From Peribolospora baueri (Eukaryota), in contig JAMDHS010000102.1 in NCBI GenBank assembly GCA_029717555.1, positions 1 to 64,000 of the forward strand: a stretch of DNA of 64,000 nt, in the 5' to 3' direction. The notes below the pieces were generated by a model that was not told where the DNA came from, made no database searches, and saw nothing but the letters and a program-made list of their open reading frames with translations. Positions 63,840 to 64,000 of the stretch are shown here, in pieces. Each line of letters begins with the position of its first letter. The first letter of the stretch is position 1. The position numbers and the translations under genes were made by a program.

Positions 63840-64000
63840 GTGAGTTTGCTCTCGGTGGCCCCATTCCACATCAACAGTGGTTGGGTGTCTTAATTGTGCT
63901 GGACATAGCGACGGCCAGCTCGTGACGGCCCGAGCGGGCCCGGCCGCTTGTTGTTCGTGGGTCTGACGACATCTGCTTGTTTCCTTTTCCTCGATTGCAG

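Overview
Eukaryotic, GC-rich, intron-containing fungal DNA. It is probably a basidiomycete, and plausibly Ustilaginomycotina (inference from gene content and intron style). Genes are spliced, so the ORF track fragments them; I reassembled exons by eye and boundaries are approximate. The housekeeping backbone comprises a TMEM184/Hfl1 protein, an RBM25/Snu71-like protein, a Dnf1-type P4-ATPase, SEN54, PMI40, a NYN/PIN-like nuclease, SEC13, MRF1, RPP1, a SAM methyltransferase, SPC1, TPI1 and probably the first exon of profilin. A multi-exon NDT80/PhoG-family transcription factor (48.8-51.2 kb) is invisible in the ORF track. Two accessory blocks interrupt the backbone. Block 1 (1-6.3 kb) holds a C2-domain NACHT (NLR) gene and a decayed zinc-finger relic resembling the C-terminus of DUF3435-type proteins, with inverted-repeat modules on both sides. 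Block 2 (36-45 kb) holds a beta-lactamase-family gene, a paralogous NLR pseudogene that ends in a near-perfect hairpin with 131-bp arms, an intact arsH and an eroded P1B heavy-metal ATPase fragment.
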